From NCBI GenBank assembly GCA_903832005.1, contig CAIKZO010000132.1:26035-90034 (forward strand): 64,000 bases of DNA, given 5' to 3'. The number at the start of each line of letters is the position of its first letter. The stretch's first letter is position 1. The position numbers and the translations under genes are program-made. Shown here one piece after another: positions 62,701 through 64,000 of this stretch. The notes under the pieces are model-generated. The model searched no databases. It was not told the DNA's origin and saw nothing but the letters and a program-made list of their open reading frames with translations. Source of the stretch: Enhydrobacter aerosaccus. Its GTDB lineage: Bacteria > Pseudomonadota > Alphaproteobacteria > Reyranellales > Reyranellaceae.

Positions 62701-63760
62701 AGGGGAATTAACCTGCTGATAGGATTAAACTTATTGACACTAGTTCTAGGTCTGTTCCCTGTCTTCCACAACCCAGTTATCCCCTTGACGCATGTAGGCA
62801 CAAAGCCTAGATTCTGGACATGGCCAAGACCAAACCAATGACCGTCCGTCAGTTCTTCCAGATGTTCCCGACGGACGACGATTGCCTCGACCACCTGATG
62901 CGAACCCGCTTCGGGGATCGGCACGTCTGCGAGAAGTGCGGGAAGTCGGCCCACTACTACCGGATCAAGGCGCGCAAGGCTTACCAGTGTGAATACTGCG
63001 CCAATCACCTGTACCCCTGTGTCGGGACGCCCTTCGAGAAGTCGCGCACGCCTCTTCAATACTGGTACTTCGCCATGTATCTGTTCTGCGCCTCGCGTAA
63101 CGGCGTAGCGGCCAAGGAACTCCAGAGGCAGCTAGGCGTGACCTACAAGTGCGCATGGCGCATGGGCCACGAAATCCGCAAGTACATGGGCAAGGTTGAC
63201 GGTGATGCCCCGCTGGGTGGTTTCGGCATTGTGGAAGCCGACGAGACGTTTATCGGCGGCTACGACGAGCGCGGACACGATGACAAGGTGATCGTGCTGG
63301 GCGCGATCGAGCGCGGCGGCGAAGTGCAAACCGAAGTGGTCAAAAACCGCCGCGCGGGAACTCTTATTCCCGAGTTGAAGCAAATGCTGGTTCCGGGCGC
63401 TCGCGTTGTGACCGACGATTTCGTCAGCTATCACGATCTGCCGGGAGAGGGCTTCCCGCACGCCACCGTCAATCATTCGGCCGGTGAGTACGTCCGTGGC
63501 CCAGTCCACACGAACAACATTGAGGCGTTCTGGTCGGTGCTAAAGCGCGGCATTAACGGCACCTACATCCACGTCTCGGAAAAGCATCTACCGAAGTACC
63601 TGAGCGAGTTTGAGTTTCGCTTTAATCTTCGGAAGAGCCCGCACGCTTTGTTCGATGCTTTGATTTTGGCTTTTCCACGGGGCCACCAAGCGCCATAGCT
63701 TCGGTTAGTTTCTGGAAGCGCTCGCTCGCATCGTCGCGAGTTTGATCCTCTTCGCGCTCG
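62700..63760 (+). mobile_element. IS1595-family insertion sequence (boundaries approximate)
   Basis: ~45-50% GC DNA surrounding the transposase gene. Clean terminal IRs could not be defined by eye: only weak CTTCCA(C/G)AA similarity between ~62745 and ~63705. Confidence 0.45.
62820..63698 (+). CDS. IS1595-family transposase (N-terminal zinc-ribbon plus DDE domain)
   Basis: CEKCGKS...CEYCANH zinc ribbon, followed by an ISXO2-like DDE domain. 292 aa. Confidence 0.85.
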   Translation: MAKTKPMTVRQFFQMFPTDDDCLDHLMRTRFGDRHVCEKCGKSAHYYRIKARKAYQCEYCANHLYPCVGTPFEKSRTPLQYWYFAMYLFCASRNGVAAKELQRQLGVTYKCAWRMGHEIRKYMGKVDGDAPLGGFGIVEADETFIGGYDERGHDDKVIVLGAIERGGEVQTEVVKNRRAGTLIPELKQMLVPGARVVTDDFVSYHDLPGEGFPHATVNHSAGEYVRGPVHTNNIEAFWSVLKRGINGTYIHVSEKHLPKYLSEFEFRFNLRKSPHALFDALILAFPRGHQAP

Positions 63761-64000
63761 TTCACGAATAGCTCAAGCTTCTTTTTCTTCCGGGCGTCTC
63801 TGAGATTCATCGCCATATGGATATCCGACGATTGGAATTTTGTCTTTGACGCCCTGCTTGCGCGCGTCCTCCAAGAGGCTGTCACATAACGACTTCGCAA
63901 GATACATGGTTACTTGCGCAAAATAACAGCCGTCAAAAATAGCTCCCTCAAAGACAATCGCTGCTTGGGTGAATGTGTCGTACGGCAGATAGATTTTGTC
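63757..64000 (-). CDS. 3' end of an unidentified gene entering from beyond the window (low-GC cargo region)
   Basis: Open frame from the window edge reading ...DKIYLPYDTFTQAAIVFEGAIFDGCYFAQVTMYLAKSLCDSLLEDARKQGVKDKIPIVGYPYGDESQRRPEEKEA to a stop at ~63757. Not in the track because it has no in-window start. Competes with the track ORF 63622..63900. Confidence 0.3.

Overview
High-GC (~66-68%) chromosomal segment, most likely from an alphaproteobacterium. Supporting this are an rpsU-divergently transcribed COQ9-like gene next to rpsU, a Bug/TctC binding protein, AzlCD, DUF559 and HWE-kinase genes, and a RecA resembling Rhizobiales-type RecA. The backbone is housekeeping and metabolism. It includes a beta-oxidation cluster (thiolase start, acyl-CoA dehydrogenase, 3-hydroxyacyl-CoA dehydrogenase, PrpE-like CoA ligase), purE-purK, pntAA-pntAB-pntB, a liv-type ABC transporter operon, fused indolepyruvate:ferredoxin oxidoreductase, alaS and recA. 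Accessory signals are interleaved. (1) A 519-bp unit with perfect 47-bp terminal inverted repeats carries a DUF559 endonuclease-fold gene. (2) An HlyD-family membrane-fusion gene is paired with a CDF-fold protein whose metal-site residues appear replaced, flanked by lipoprotein genes. (3) Three lower-GC islets: an LCAT/lipase-like hydrolase, a small two-TM protein between the liv operon and an epimerase, and an IS1595-family transposase plus low-GC cargo just upstream of recA. (4) A KAKKP-repeat (histone-H1-like) segment fused in frame to an acyl-CoA synthetase. (5) A membrane-anchored pentapeptide-repeat protein. (6) Two DUF465 paralogs bracketing ubiX/DUF2390. (7) A 432-aa bitopic membrane protein with a proline-rich linker and Cys-rich C-terminal domain. 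No rRNA, tRNA or CRISPR array was seen. Many long ORFs in the six-frame track are antisense artefacts of high-GC DNA. The track uses GTG/TTG as well as ATG starts, so several 5' ends were adjusted by eye.
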